From positions 4,121-68,120 of the forward strand of contig CANGHK010000022.1 of the NCBI GenBank assembly GCA_947453625.1: 64,000 nt of DNA, read 5' to 3'. Positions 26,186 to 35,657 of this stretch are shown in pieces. The first letter of the stretch is position 1. Every line of letters begins with the position of its first letter. The DNA is from Burkholderiales bacterium (GTDB lineage: Bacteria; Pseudomonadota; Gammaproteobacteria; Burkholderiales; Burkholderiaceae_C). The notes beneath the pieces were generated by a model. It saw only the letters and a list, made by a program, of their open reading frames with translations. It was not told where the DNA came from and searched no databases. The position numbers were made by a program, and so were the translations under genes.

Positions 26186-27718
26186 ATGGCGGCCATCATG
26201 CCTACTCGCCCACCCAGCGCCGCCGCCCCCCTGGCCGCCATCGACATCGGCTCCAACAGCTTCCGGCTCGAGATAGCGCAGTTGCAACATGGCCGCTACC
26301 GGCGCATCGCCTACCTGAAGGAGACCGTTCGCCTGGGTGGTGGGCTGGACGCCAACGGCTACCTTACCGAGTCCGCCGCCCAGCGCGGGCTGGACTGCTT
26401 GCGCCGGTTTGCCCAGCGCCTGCAGGGCTTCGAAACGCAGCAGGTGCGCGCCGTGGCCACCCAGACCCTGCGCGAGGCGCGCAACCGGGACGCCTTCCTG
26501 GCCCGCGCCGAGGAAGCGCTGGGCCACGCCGTCGAGGTGGTCTCGGGCCGGGAAGAAGCCCGACTGATCTATGCCGGCGTGTCCTTCCTGCAACCGGGTG
26601 CCGCGCCGCGGCTGGTGATCGACATCGGCGGGCGCAGCACCGAGATGATCGTCGGCCAGGGCCGAGTGCCGCGGGTGGTCGAATCGTTCAAGACCGGCAG
26701 CGTCAGCCTGTCGATGCGCTGGTTTCCCGACGGCTTGTTCACCGAGCAGGCCTTCCGCGATGCCCAGGTGGCTGCCGGCGCCGAGTTGGAGGAAGCGCTG
26801 GAGCCCTTCGCGCCTAGCCACTGGCGCGAAGCCCTGGGCTCGTCGGGCACTGCCGGCGCGGTCTCGCAGGTGCTGGCCGCGGCTGGCATCAGCGACGGCA
26901 CCATCACCCCCGAGGGCCTGCGCTGGTGCATCGCGCAATGTCTGGCGGCGGGGTCGGCGGACAATCTGTCGCTGCCCTCGCTGCGCGAAGACCGCAAGGC
27001 CATCATCGGCGGCGGGCTGGCGCTGCTCTACACCCTGGCCACGCATTTCGGCATCACCGCGCTGCGGCCAGCCAAGGGAGCGCTGCGCCAGGGCGTGATC
27101 ATCGACCTGCACGAGCGCCACGCGGCGCGCCGGCAGGCGGGTGGCGGCGACCTGCGGGACCAGACCGTGCTCGCGCTGCAAACGCGCTTCGGCGTCGATC
27201 CCGAGCAGTCGCTGCGGGTGCGCACCGTGGCCACTGCCTTGCTGTGCAGCGCAATGCCCGAACTGGCCGAGGACGACAGCGGCGAGGCGCTGCGCGAACT
27301 GGGCTGGGCCTGCGATCTGCACGAGATCGGCCTGATGGTGTCGCACCATGACCACCACCGCCACAGCGCCTACCTGATGGGCCATGTCGACGCGCCGGGC
27401 TTCTCGCAGAGCCAGCAGCGCCGCATCGGCGATCTGGTGCTGGGCCAGCGTGGCGGCCTGCGCAAGCTCGAGCCACAACTGAGCAGCGAACGCTTCGCCT
27501 GGCAGGTGCTGGCGTTGCGCCTGGCTGTCATCAAGTGCCATGCCCGCGGCGGGGTGGATCTGCAGGCGATGCGCCTGAAGCGTGACGGCCGGCAGGCGCG
27601 GCTGGCACTGCGCGCCGCATGGAGCGCGAGCCACCCGCGCACCCTGCACCTGCTGCGGGAGGAGACCGAGAGCTGGGCCCGCCAGGACATGCCGCGGCTG
27701 GTGCTGGTGAACGCCTGA
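26186..27718 (+). CDS. ppx: Exopolyphosphatase Ppx/GppA
   Basis: AAIDIGSNSFRL, SGREEARLIY, DIGGRSTE, ALRQG, C-terminal LHEIG. Confidence 0.92.
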   Translation: MAAIMPTRPPSAAAPLAAIDIGSNSFRLEIAQLQHGRYRRIAYLKETVRLGGGLDANGYLTESAAQRGLDCLRRFAQRLQGFETQQVRAVATQTLREARNRDAFLARAEEALGHAVEVVSGREEARLIYAGVSFLQPGAAPRLVIDIGGRSTEMIVGQGRVPRVVESFKTGSVSLSMRWFPDGLFTEQAFRDAQVAAGAELEEALEPFAPSHWREALGSSGTAGAVSQVLAAAGISDGTITPEGLRWCIAQCLAAGSADNLSLPSLREDRKAIIGGGLALLYTLATHFGITALRPAKGALRQGVIIDLHERHAARRQAGGGDLRDQTVLALQTRFGVDPEQSLRVRTVATALLCSAMPELAEDDSGEALRELGWACDLHEIGLMVSHHDHHRHSAYLMGHVDAPGFSQSQQRRIGDLVLGQRGGLRKLEPQLSSERFAWQVLALRLAVIKCHARGGVDLQAMRLKRDGRQARLALRAAWSASHPRTLHLLREETESWARQDMPRLVLVNA

Positions 27719-27785
27719 GGGTCGACAGCGCCGCAGCGCTGTGGAGGAAAGGCCCGCCGACTGCACTGCCGGCAGCGGCGGGCTG

Positions 27786-28265
27786 CTACATCCGCTCGGG
27801 CGTGCGCACCGACACCAGCACGATCTCGCTGACGCCGTCGCGCTCACGCTGGCGCAGCCACCACACCGCTCCCTTGCGCACCGCCCAGGGCGGGGCATCC
27901 AGCGTGGCGGGGCCGCCCATCAGATAGGCCGCCAACTGCCCCAGCATCGGCTGGTGGCCTACCATCAGCACCGGCTCGCGGCTGTCGGGCCAGCGCGCCG
28001 CCGCCAGCGCCTGGCTGTGCGAGGCGCCCGGCGCCAGCGCCGCGACGGTGCGCACCTTGCGCCCCAGCGCGTCAGCGGTCTGGCGCGCGCGCAGCGCCGG
28101 GCTGCACAGGATGCGGGTGCTGTCGGGCAGGAAGCCGTTCAGCCAATCGGCCATGCGCCTGGCCTGCTTCTGGCCGCGTGGGCTGAGCGGGCGCTGCAGG
28201 TCGTCGACGCCGTCGCCCTCGACCGGTTCGCCGGCATCGGCATGACGCCAGAGAATCAGGTCCAT
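27786..28265 (-). CDS. sixA: Phosphohistidine phosphatase SixA
   Basis: MDLILWRHA, SPALRARQTA, VGHQP. Confidence 0.85.
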   Translation of the reverse strand: MDLILWRHADAGEPVEGDGVDDLQRPLSPRGQKQARRMADWLNGFLPDSTRILCSPALRARQTADALGRKVRTVAALAPGASHSQALAAARWPDSREPVLMVGHQPMLGQLAAYLMGGPATLDAPPWAVRKGAVWWLRQRERDGVSEIVLVSVRTPERM

Positions 28266-28291
28266 AGGCTTGCGCTGGCCGGGATAGGCGC

Positions 28292-30421
28292 TCAAGCGCC
28301 GGACATGTAGCGCGCAGCCAGCGCGCCCTGGGCGCTGACGCCGGTCTCGGCCACGCGCTGGTAGTGGCCGTCGCTGGCCAGCACCCAGCTGTCGCGCTGG
28401 TCGCTCAGGTAGGGCACCAGGCATTCATCGATCACGCGCTGGCGCAGGACCGGGTCGCGCACCGGCCAGGCGATCTCGATGCGGCGGAACATGTTGCGGC
28501 CCATCCAGTCGGCCGACGACAGGTACAGGGCCTCGTCGGCCTCGCCCTCGCCCCAGCGGAAGTACATCACCCGGGTGTGCTCCAGAAAGCGCCCGACCAC
28601 CGAGCGCACGCGGATGCGGTCGGTCAGGCCGGCAATGCCCGGCGGCAACATGCAGGCACCGCGAACGATCAGGTCGATGTCGGCGCCGGCCTGGCCCGCC
28701 AGCACAAGGGCATGGATCATCGCCGGCTCGGTCAGGCCGTTGATCTTGACGACGATGCGCGCCGGCAGCCCGGCACGCGCGGCATCGGCCACCTGGCCGA
28801 GATGGGCCACCAGCCGCCGGTGCAGCGCAAACGGCGCGGTCAGCAGGTGGCGCGGCGTGCGCACCTTGGTCAGGCTGGCCAACTGGTGGAACACCGCATC
28901 AGCGTCGGCCGTCAGCAATTCGTCGGCGGTCAGCATGCCGACGTCGGTGTACAGCCGTGCGGTGCCGGGGTTGTAGTTGCCGGTCGACAGGTGGGCGTAG
29001 CGGCGCAACACCACCTTGCCGCGCTGGGTGGTCTCGCGCCGGGTCACCAGCAGCAGCTTGGCGTGGGTCTTGAAGCCGACGATGCCGTAGACCACCTGCG
29101 CACCCACCGCCTCCAGGCGCTCGGCCCAATTGATGTTGGCCTCTTCATCGAAGCGCGCCTTGAGCTCGACCACGACGCAGACATCCTTGCCCCGCCTGGC
29201 GGCCTCGATCAACAACACCATCAACTCCGACTGGCTGCCGGTGCGGTAGACCGTCTGCTTGATCGCCAGCACGGCCGGGTCATGCACCGCCTCGCGCAGG
29301 AATTCGACCACCACGTCGAAGCTCTGGAACGGGTGGTGCAGCAGCACGTCGCCCTGGCGCAGCCGCGCCAGGATGGAACTGCCGCGCGGCAGATCGGCCT
29401 CGGGCCAGCTCGGGGTGCGGGGCGGGAAGCGCAGGGCCGGCGCATCGACCTGGTCGATAAGTTGGTTCAAGCGGACCAGATTGACCGGGCCATTGACGCG
29501 GTAGAGCGCGGCCTGCGGCAGGTCGAACTGGCCGAGCAGCAAGCGCCACAGCGGCTCGGGGCAGCTCGCCACCACCTCGAGCCGGATGGGCTGACCGTAA
29601 TGCCGGGTGGTCAGGCCGCTGCGCATGGCCTGGCGCAGGTTGGTGACGTCGTCCTCGTCGACCTCAAGCTCGGAGTCGCGGGTGACGCGGAACTGCGAGA
29701 ACGACTCCACTGGCCGGCTGCCGAACAAGTCCTCGAGGTGGGCGCGGATCACGCTGGTCAGCAGCACGAAGGCCTGCTGGCCGGGCTCGCACACCGCCGC
29801 CGGCATCTGTATCACCCGCGGCAGCGCGCGCGGCACCTTGACGATCGCAATCGAATTTGCGCGCCCGAAGGCGTCCTTGCCGCCGAGCTTGACGATGAAG
29901 TTGAGCGACTTGTTGGCCACCTGCGGAAACGGGTGCGCCGGGTCCAGCCCCACTGGCAGCAGCAGCGGCAGCACCTGGGTCTCGAAGTAGCGCGCGACCC
30001 AGGCGCGCTGGGCCTTGTCGCGCTCGGCATGGTTGATGATGCCTATGCCCTGCAACTGAAGTGCCGGCATCACCTCGTCGTTGAACAGCGCGTACTTCTC
30101 GTCGATCAGGCCATGCGCCTCGGCCGCCACCTGACGCAACTCGTCGCGCTGCGGATCGTCGTTGCCGGTGGCGCCGCGCATGGCCTCCAGCGCGATGGCG
30201 AAGCGGACCTCGAAGAACTCGTCCATGTTGGACGACACGATGGTGATGTAGCGCAGCCGCTCGAGCAGCGGCACATCGGCGCGTCTGGCCTGCGCCAGCA
30301 CCCGGCGGTTGAAGGCCAGGATCGCCCGCTCGCGGTTGAGCAGCACGGGGAAATCCGCCACCGGCGCGGGCAGCGCGACGGGTAACGGGGCGGTCAACGC
30401 GGACAGGCTTTCTTCACTCAT
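28292..30421 (-). CDS. ppk1: Polyphosphate kinase 1
   Basis: FNRRVL, SSNMDEFFEVR, ELKARFDEEANI, KTHAK, RFLEHTR, SSADWMGRN; exact start uncertain. Confidence 0.95.
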   Translation of the reverse strand: MSEESLSALTAPLPVALPAPVADFPVLLNRERAILAFNRRVLAQARRADVPLLERLRYITIVSSNMDEFFEVRFAIALEAMRGATGNDDPQRDELRQVAAEAHGLIDEKYALFNDEVMPALQLQGIGIINHAERDKAQRAWVARYFETQVLPLLLPVGLDPAHPFPQVANKSLNFIVKLGGKDAFGRANSIAIVKVPRALPRVIQMPAAVCEPGQQAFVLLTSVIRAHLEDLFGSRPVESFSQFRVTRDSELEVDEDDVTNLRQAMRSGLTTRHYGQPIRLEVVASCPEPLWRLLLGQFDLPQAALYRVNGPVNLVRLNQLIDQVDAPALRFPPRTPSWPEADLPRGSSILARLRQGDVLLHHPFQSFDVVVEFLREAVHDPAVLAIKQTVYRTGSQSELMVLLIEAARRGKDVCVVVELKARFDEEANINWAERLEAVGAQVVYGIVGFKTHAKLLLVTRRETTQRGKVVLRRYAHLSTGNYNPGTARLYTDVGMLTADELLTADADAVFHQLASLTKVRTPRHLLTAPFALHRRLVAHLGQVADAARAGLPARIVVKINGLTEPAMIHALVLAGQAGADIDLIVRGACMLPPGIAGLTDRIRVRSVVGRFLEHTRVMYFRWGEGEADEALYLSSADWMGRNMFRRIEIAWPVRDPVLRQRVIDECLVPYLSDQRDSWVLASDGHYQRVAETGVSAQGALAARYMSGA

Positions 30422-30428
30422 CCGACCA

Positions 30429-30462
30429 AGTTTATGAAGCTTTGACGACATGTCAATGACAA
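30429..30462 (-). promoter_or_regulatory. Pho-box-like triple 11-bp direct repeat upstream of ppk1
   Basis: Minus strand TGTCATTGACA-TGTCGTCAAAG-CTTCATAAACT, matching the 11-bp-periodic TGTCA PhoB consensus. Confidence 0.6.
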
Positions 30463-30522
30463 GGCCGGGCGCGTGCAAACCCGTCGCTGCGCCGACTCAA
30501 TTCGCCAACCCAGTTCGCCAAC

Positions 30523-33333
30523 TCAATGCGCCTGCTCCCAGTTCGGCCCGACGCCCACCTCGGCCAGCAGTGGCACGCTCCACTGCGCCACCCCGGCCAT
30601 CAGGCGCGGCACCTCGGCGCGCACCCAGTCGAGTTCGCCCTCCGGCACCTCGAACACCAGTTCGTCGTGCACCTGCATCACGATCACGCTGCGTTTGGCC
30701 TCCGCGTCGATTGCGCCCTGCACCGCGATCATCGCCAGCTTGATCAGGTCGGCCGCAGTGCCCTGCATCGGCGCGTTGATGGCCTGGCGCTCGGCGCCGG
30801 CTCGGCGCGGTCCGCTGCCGCCACGGATCTCGGGCAGCTCGATGCGGCGGCCGAACAAGGTCTCGACATAGCCCTTCTCGGCCGCGCTGGCGCGGGTCTC
30901 GTCCATGTAGCGCTTGACCCCGGCAAAGCGGGCAAAGTAACGGTCGATGTAGTCGCGCGCCGCTTTCTGCTCGATGCCTAGCGACTGCGCCAGCCCGAAC
31001 GCGCCCATGCCGTAGATCAGCCCGAAATTGATGGTCTTGGCATAGCGCCGCTGCTCGGTGGTGACGGCATCGACGCTGGTGTTGAAGACCTCGGCGGCAG
31101 TGGCCTTGTGCACGTCCAGACCGGCCGCGAAAGCATGGGTCAGGCCCGGGTCGCCGCTGATATGGGCCATGATGCGCAGCTCGATCTGCGAGTAGTCGGC
31201 CGAGACGATGACCTGGCCCGGCGGCGCAATGAAGGCTTCGCGCACGCGCCGGCCCTCGGCGGTGCGGATGGGGATGTTCTGCAGGTTGGGCTCGCTGCTC
31301 GACAGCCGACCGGTGACGGCCACCGCCTGCGCGTAATGGGTGTGCACCCGGCCGGTGGCCGGGTTGACCATCAGCGGCAGCTTGTCGGTGTAAGTGCCCT
31401 TCAGCTTGGCCAGACTGCGGTATTCCAGCAAGCGCGCCGGTAGCGGGTAGTCGGCGGCCAGTTCGGCCAGCACCTCCTCGTCGGTGCTGGGCGCGCCCGA
31501 GGCGGTCTTCTTCTTGACCGGCAGGCCCAGCTTGACGAACAGGATCTCGCCGATCTGCTTGGGCGAGCCCAGGTTGAAGGGCTGGCCGGCAATCTCATAG
31601 GCCTGCTGCTCGAGCTGCAGCATGCGCTCGGCCAGTTGCTGACTCTGCTGGGCCAGCAAGGCGGAATCGATCAACACGCCGTGGCGCTCTATGCGCTGCA
31701 GCAGCAGGCTGACCGGCATCTCGATGTCGCGGTAGACCCGCAGCAGCCCAGGCACTGCGGCGAGTTGCGGGTACAGCCGCTGATGCACCTGCAGCGTCAT
31801 CTCGCTGTCCTCGCCGCTGTACTGGGTTGCGCGCTCGATGTCGACCTGGCTGAACGGGATCTGGTTGACGCCCTTGCCACACAGCTCTTCGTAACTCAGG
31901 CCCTTGCGGCCGAGGTGGCGATCGGCGAGTTTTTCCAGGCTGTGGCCGAGGTGGGCCTCGAACACATAGCTCTCGAGCATCGTATCGTGCTGCCAACCGC
32001 GCACCGTGATGCCGTGGTTGGCCAGCACATGGGTGTCGTACTTGATGTTCTGGCCCACCTTGGGCGCGCCGGCGTCCTCCAGCCAGGGCCGCAGCGCGTC
32101 CAGCACCTCTTCAAGCGGCAACTGTTCGGGGGCGCCGGGGTAGTCGTGGCGCAGCGGCACATAGGCCGCCTCGCCAGGCTGCACCGCGAACGAGATGCCG
32201 ACGATGCGCGCGCGCATCGGGTCGAGCGAATCGGTCTCGGTGTCGAGCGCCGCCAGCTCGGCCCCGCGCAGCCGCACGATCCAGGCCGCCAGCCGTTCGC
32301 GGTCGAAGACGGTCTCGTAGTGAAGCGTGGACTCGGCCTGCGGCGGATCGGCCGCGTCGAACAGGTCTGGCGCCGCCGAGCGCGCCGGCGTGGCGGATGC
32401 AGCCACCGCGCCCAAGGTCGATTCAAGCTCCTTGCGCCAGGCCCGGAATCCGAAGCGCTGGTAGAAATCGAGCAGACCGACCTCGTCGACCGGCTGCAGC
32501 GCCAGCCCTTCGACGCTGGGCCAGCCCGGCAGGTGGCCGGACAGGTCGCAGTCGGTCACCACCGTGACCAGGCGTCGGCCCTGCGGCAGCCAGTCCAGCG
32601 CACGGCGCAGGTTCTCGCCCACGGCGCCCTTGATGCCGGCGGCCGCGGCGATCACACCGTCCAGCGAGCCATGCTCGGCCAGCCACTTGACGGCGGTCTT
32701 GGGGCCGACCTTCTCGACCCCCGGCACGTTGTCCACCGTGTCGCCCACCAACGTCAGGTAGTCGACGATTTCGGAGGGCGCGACGCCGAACTTGGCTTTC
32801 ACACCCGCCACGTCGAGCCGCTCGTTGCTCATCGTGTTGATCAAGGTGACCCGGTCGTTGACCAGTTGCGCCAGGTCCTTGTCGCCGGTCGAGACGATCA
32901 CCTGGTGGCCGGCGGCCGCACCCACCCGGGCCAGCGTGCCGATCGCGTCGTCGGCTTCGATGCCGGGGACCTCCAGCACCGGCCAGCCCAGCAGCCGCAC
33001 CACCTCGTGGATGGCCGGGATCTGGGCCCGCAAGTCCTCGGGCATGGGCGCGCGCTGGGCTTTGTACTGGTCGTACCAGGCATCGCGGAAGGTCGGGCCA
33101 TGGGCGTCGAAGACGCAGGCCGCGTGGCCGCCCGGGCCGCTGCCCAACTCCTGCTCGCGCAGCCGCTTCATCATCGCCACCATGCCGTGGATCGCGCCGG
33201 TGGGGAATCCGTCCGGGCTGCGCAGGTCGGGCATCGCGTGGTAAGCGCGGTAGAGGTAGCTGGAGCCGTCGACCAGCAGCAGGGTGGGCAAAGTCGGCAG
33301 GGACGGTTCGTTGGGCGTGGCGGATTCACTCAT
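30523..33333 (-). CDS. polA: DNA polymerase I
   Basis: LLVDGSSYLYRAYH (5'-3' exo), LDTETD (3'-5' exo), TGRLSSSEPNLQNIP, ADYSQIELR, QVHDEL. Confidence 0.97.
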   Translation of the reverse strand: MSESATPNEPSLPTLPTLLLVDGSSYLYRAYHAMPDLRSPDGFPTGAIHGMVAMMKRLREQELGSGPGGHAACVFDAHGPTFRDAWYDQYKAQRAPMPEDLRAQIPAIHEVVRLLGWPVLEVPGIEADDAIGTLARVGAAAGHQVIVSTGDKDLAQLVNDRVTLINTMSNERLDVAGVKAKFGVAPSEIVDYLTLVGDTVDNVPGVEKVGPKTAVKWLAEHGSLDGVIAAAAGIKGAVGENLRRALDWLPQGRRLVTVVTDCDLSGHLPGWPSVEGLALQPVDEVGLLDFYQRFGFRAWRKELESTLGAVAASATPARSAAPDLFDAADPPQAESTLHYETVFDRERLAAWIVRLRGAELAALDTETDSLDPMRARIVGISFAVQPGEAAYVPLRHDYPGAPEQLPLEEVLDALRPWLEDAGAPKVGQNIKYDTHVLANHGITVRGWQHDTMLESYVFEAHLGHSLEKLADRHLGRKGLSYEELCGKGVNQIPFSQVDIERATQYSGEDSEMTLQVHQRLYPQLAAVPGLLRVYRDIEMPVSLLLQRIERHGVLIDSALLAQQSQQLAERMLQLEQQAYEIAGQPFNLGSPKQIGEILFVKLGLPVKKKTASGAPSTDEEVLAELAADYPLPARLLEYRSLAKLKGTYTDKLPLMVNPATGRVHTHYAQAVAVTGRLSSSEPNLQNIPIRTAEGRRVREAFIAPPGQVIVSADYSQIELRIMAHISGDPGLTHAFAAGLDVHKATAAEVFNTSVDAVTTEQRRYAKTINFGLIYGMGAFGLAQSLGIEQKAARDYIDRYFARFAGVKRYMDETRASAAEKGYVETLFGRRIELPEIRGGSGPRRAGAERQAINAPMQGTAADLIKLAMIAVQGAIDAEAKRSVIVMQVHDELVFEVPEGELDWVRAEVPRLMAGVAQWSVPLLAEVGVGPNWEQAH

Positions 33334-33423
33334 GGGCGTGATTGTGGTCGCGGTTCGAACCCGCATCCGACTCGATGGGCGGGCCCGGCGCGGGACCACC
33401 CGCCTGCCACCTAGAATCCAGGC

Positions 33424-33720
33424 ATGAAAACCCTTCTCCTGCTGGCTGTGGCCGGGCTGCTGGCTGAGTTGCTGGCCGGCTGCGCCGTCCCTGCCCGCGG
33501 CCCTGGCACGGCCGATGCGGCGGTGCAGCGCCTGGTCAGCGAGGACGACCATGTGCGCATCGATGAGTTGCGGGTGCGCGGCTTGACCCAGCGCCTGACG
33601 GTGCAGAACAAGGACTCGGGCGTGCCAGGCTACGACATCCTGCAAGCCACGCCCGGCCAAGACCCATCCAAAGGCCACGACGCCGCCGGACAGCGGGTTT
33701 GGCAACTGCTCTCGTTCTGA
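33424..33720 (+). CDS. Small putative lipoprotein (DUF2782-like)
   Basis: Signal peptide with LAGC; RIDELRVRG; C-terminal RVWQLLSF. Confidence 0.65.
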   Translation: MKTLLLLAVAGLLAELLAGCAVPARGPGTADAAVQRLVSEDDHVRIDELRVRGLTQRLTVQNKDSGVPGYDILQATPGQDPSKGHDAAGQRVWQLLSF

Positions 33721-33728
33721 CCCCCGAC

Positions 33729-34700
33729 ATGGCGGTTTTCACCCCTGTGTCGGCCGAAGAGGCCGCGGCGCTGACGTTGCGGCTGGACGCCGGCAGCTTG
33801 CTGTCGCTCGAAGGGGTGGTCGCCGGCATCGAGAACACCAACTACTTCGTCACCACCGACCAGGGCGCCTGGGTGTTGACGCTGTTCGAGCGCCTGCAAC
33901 CGGCGCAACTGCCCTTCTACCTGGGCCTGATGCAACACCTGGCGCGGCGCGGCCTGCCGGTGCCCGAGCCGCGCGCCGACGCCGATGGTCAGTTGCTGCA
34001 CAGCGTGGCCGGCAAGCCGGCGGCGCTGGTCAACCGCTTCCCCGGCCAGCACCTGCTGGCCCCCGACCTGCACCACTGCGCCCAGCTTGGCGCGGTGCTG
34101 GCCCGCATGCACCTGGCGGTGGCCGATTTCCCGCTGCGCCAGACCAATCTGCGCGGACTGGCCTGGTGGTTGACGATCGCCCCGCAGTTGCAGCCCCACC
34201 TGACCCAGGCGCAGCGCCAGTTGCTGGCGTCGGAGCTGAGCTTCCAGCAACAGGTGGCGGCCTCACCCTCGTACGCGGCGCTGCCGCGCGGCGCGGTGCA
34301 TGCCGACCTGTTCCGCGACAACGTGCTGTTCGACGGCCTGCCCGGCCATGAAAAACTCACCGCCTGCTTCGACTTCTACTTCGCCGGCACCGACCGCTTC
34401 GCCTACGACCTGGCGGTCTGCCTGAACGACTGGTGCCTGGGCGCCGAAGGGTCTTCGCTCGACGAGGCCAGGGCCCAGGCGCTGGTCCAGGCCTACGAGC
34501 GCGAGCGCCCGCTGCTGGGCGCTGAAGTCCGCTTGCTGCCGGCGCTGCTGCGCGCCGCGGCGCTGCGCTTCTGGCTGTCGCGCCTGGGCGACCAGCACCT
34601 GCCGCGCGACGCGGCGCTGCTGAGCCCGAAGAACCCGGGCCATTTCGAGCGAATCCTGCGCGCCCGGATCGCCACGCCCTGGCATCCGCCAGTGGGCTGA
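33729..34700 (+). CDS. thrB: Homoserine kinase type II
   Basis: MAVFTPV, GIENTNYF, HADLFRDNVLF, DFYFA. Confidence 0.92.
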   Translation: MAVFTPVSAEEAAALTLRLDAGSLLSLEGVVAGIENTNYFVTTDQGAWVLTLFERLQPAQLPFYLGLMQHLARRGLPVPEPRADADGQLLHSVAGKPAALVNRFPGQHLLAPDLHHCAQLGAVLARMHLAVADFPLRQTNLRGLAWWLTIAPQLQPHLTQAQRQLLASELSFQQQVAASPSYAALPRGAVHADLFRDNVLFDGLPGHEKLTACFDFYFAGTDRFAYDLAVCLNDWCLGAEGSSLDEARAQALVQAYERERPLLGAEVRLLPALLRAAALRFWLSRLGDQHLPRDAALLSPKNPGHFERILRARIATPWHPPVG

Positions 34701-34750
34701 CGCGGCCCCGGCCGCCCCACCTTCCACCTACTGACCGAACCACGCCTGGC

Positions 34751-35572
34751 ATGGGACTTCGACTTCACACCGTGGCACCGCGCCAGGGCTGGCGCTGGAT
34801 ACGGCAAGGCTTTTCCCTGTGGTGGAAGCGCCCGCTGGCCTTCGTCGGACTGTTCACCGTCTTCCTGTTCTCGGTCCTGCTGATGATGGTGGTGGTGCCG
34901 GTGCTGGGCGGGCCGGCGGGCATGGCCTTGCTGCCCATGCTCAGCCTGGGCTTCATGATCGCCAGCCGCAGTGCCGCGGCCGGCGGGCCGGTGCACGCCC
35001 TGCAACTGGTCGAAGGCCTGCGCCACCCCGACAGGGCCCAGCGCCGGGCCCAGTGGCTGCTGTGCGGGCTGTACGCGCTGGGCTCGATGGCGGTGATCAG
35101 CCTGGCCGACTGGGTGGACGGTGGCCTGTTCGAGGACTTGCAGCGTCTGATCGCCCAGACCAGCGGCGACACCAAGCCTTCGCCCGAGATCGACGCCATC
35201 CTGGCCGACCCCCGGCTGGTGCAGGGCATGCTGGTGCGGATCGGGCTGGCCGGGCTGCTGTCGGTGCCGTTCTGGCATGCCCCTGCGCTGGTGCACTGGG
35301 GTGGCCAGGGCGTGGGCCAGGCCCTGTTCACCAGTTCGCTGGCGCTGTGGCGCACCCGCGGCGCCTTCACGGTCTACCTGCTGGGCTGGTCGGGCGCGAT
35401 GCTGGCGGTGGCACTGGTGGTGACGCTGGTCGGCCTAGCCACCGGCGCGCGCCAGGCCCTGGGGCTGCTGACGATGCCTGTCGGGCTGATTTTTTCGGCC
35501 TCGTTCTACGTCTCGCTGTGGTTCAGCTTCGTGGACACCTTCGGCGAACCCGAGACCGGCAGCGCGCAATGA
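34751..35572 (+). CDS. BPSS1780-family multi-pass membrane protein
   Basis: [19 protein letters not shown], several TM helices; sits after thrB. Confidence 0.75.
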   Translation: MGLRLHTVAPRQGWRWIRQGFSLWWKRPLAFVGLFTVFLFSVLLMMVVVPVLGGPAGMALLPMLSLGFMIASRSAAAGGPVHALQLVEGLRHPDRAQRRAQWLLCGLYALGSMAVISLADWVDGGLFEDLQRLIAQTSGDTKPSPEIDAILADPRLVQGMLVRIGLAGLLSVPFWHAPALVHWGGQGVGQALFTSSLALWRTRGAFTVYLLGWSGAMLAVALVVTLVGLATGARQALGLLTMPVGLIFSASFYVSLWFSFVDTFGEPETGSAQ

Positions 35573-35657
35573 CGCCCGGCATTTCCTCGCCCTATTCCCC
35601 ACCCTATTCCACGCCCCATTTCCCGCGAGCGCGCCGCCAAGCCGCCGCCCACACCCC

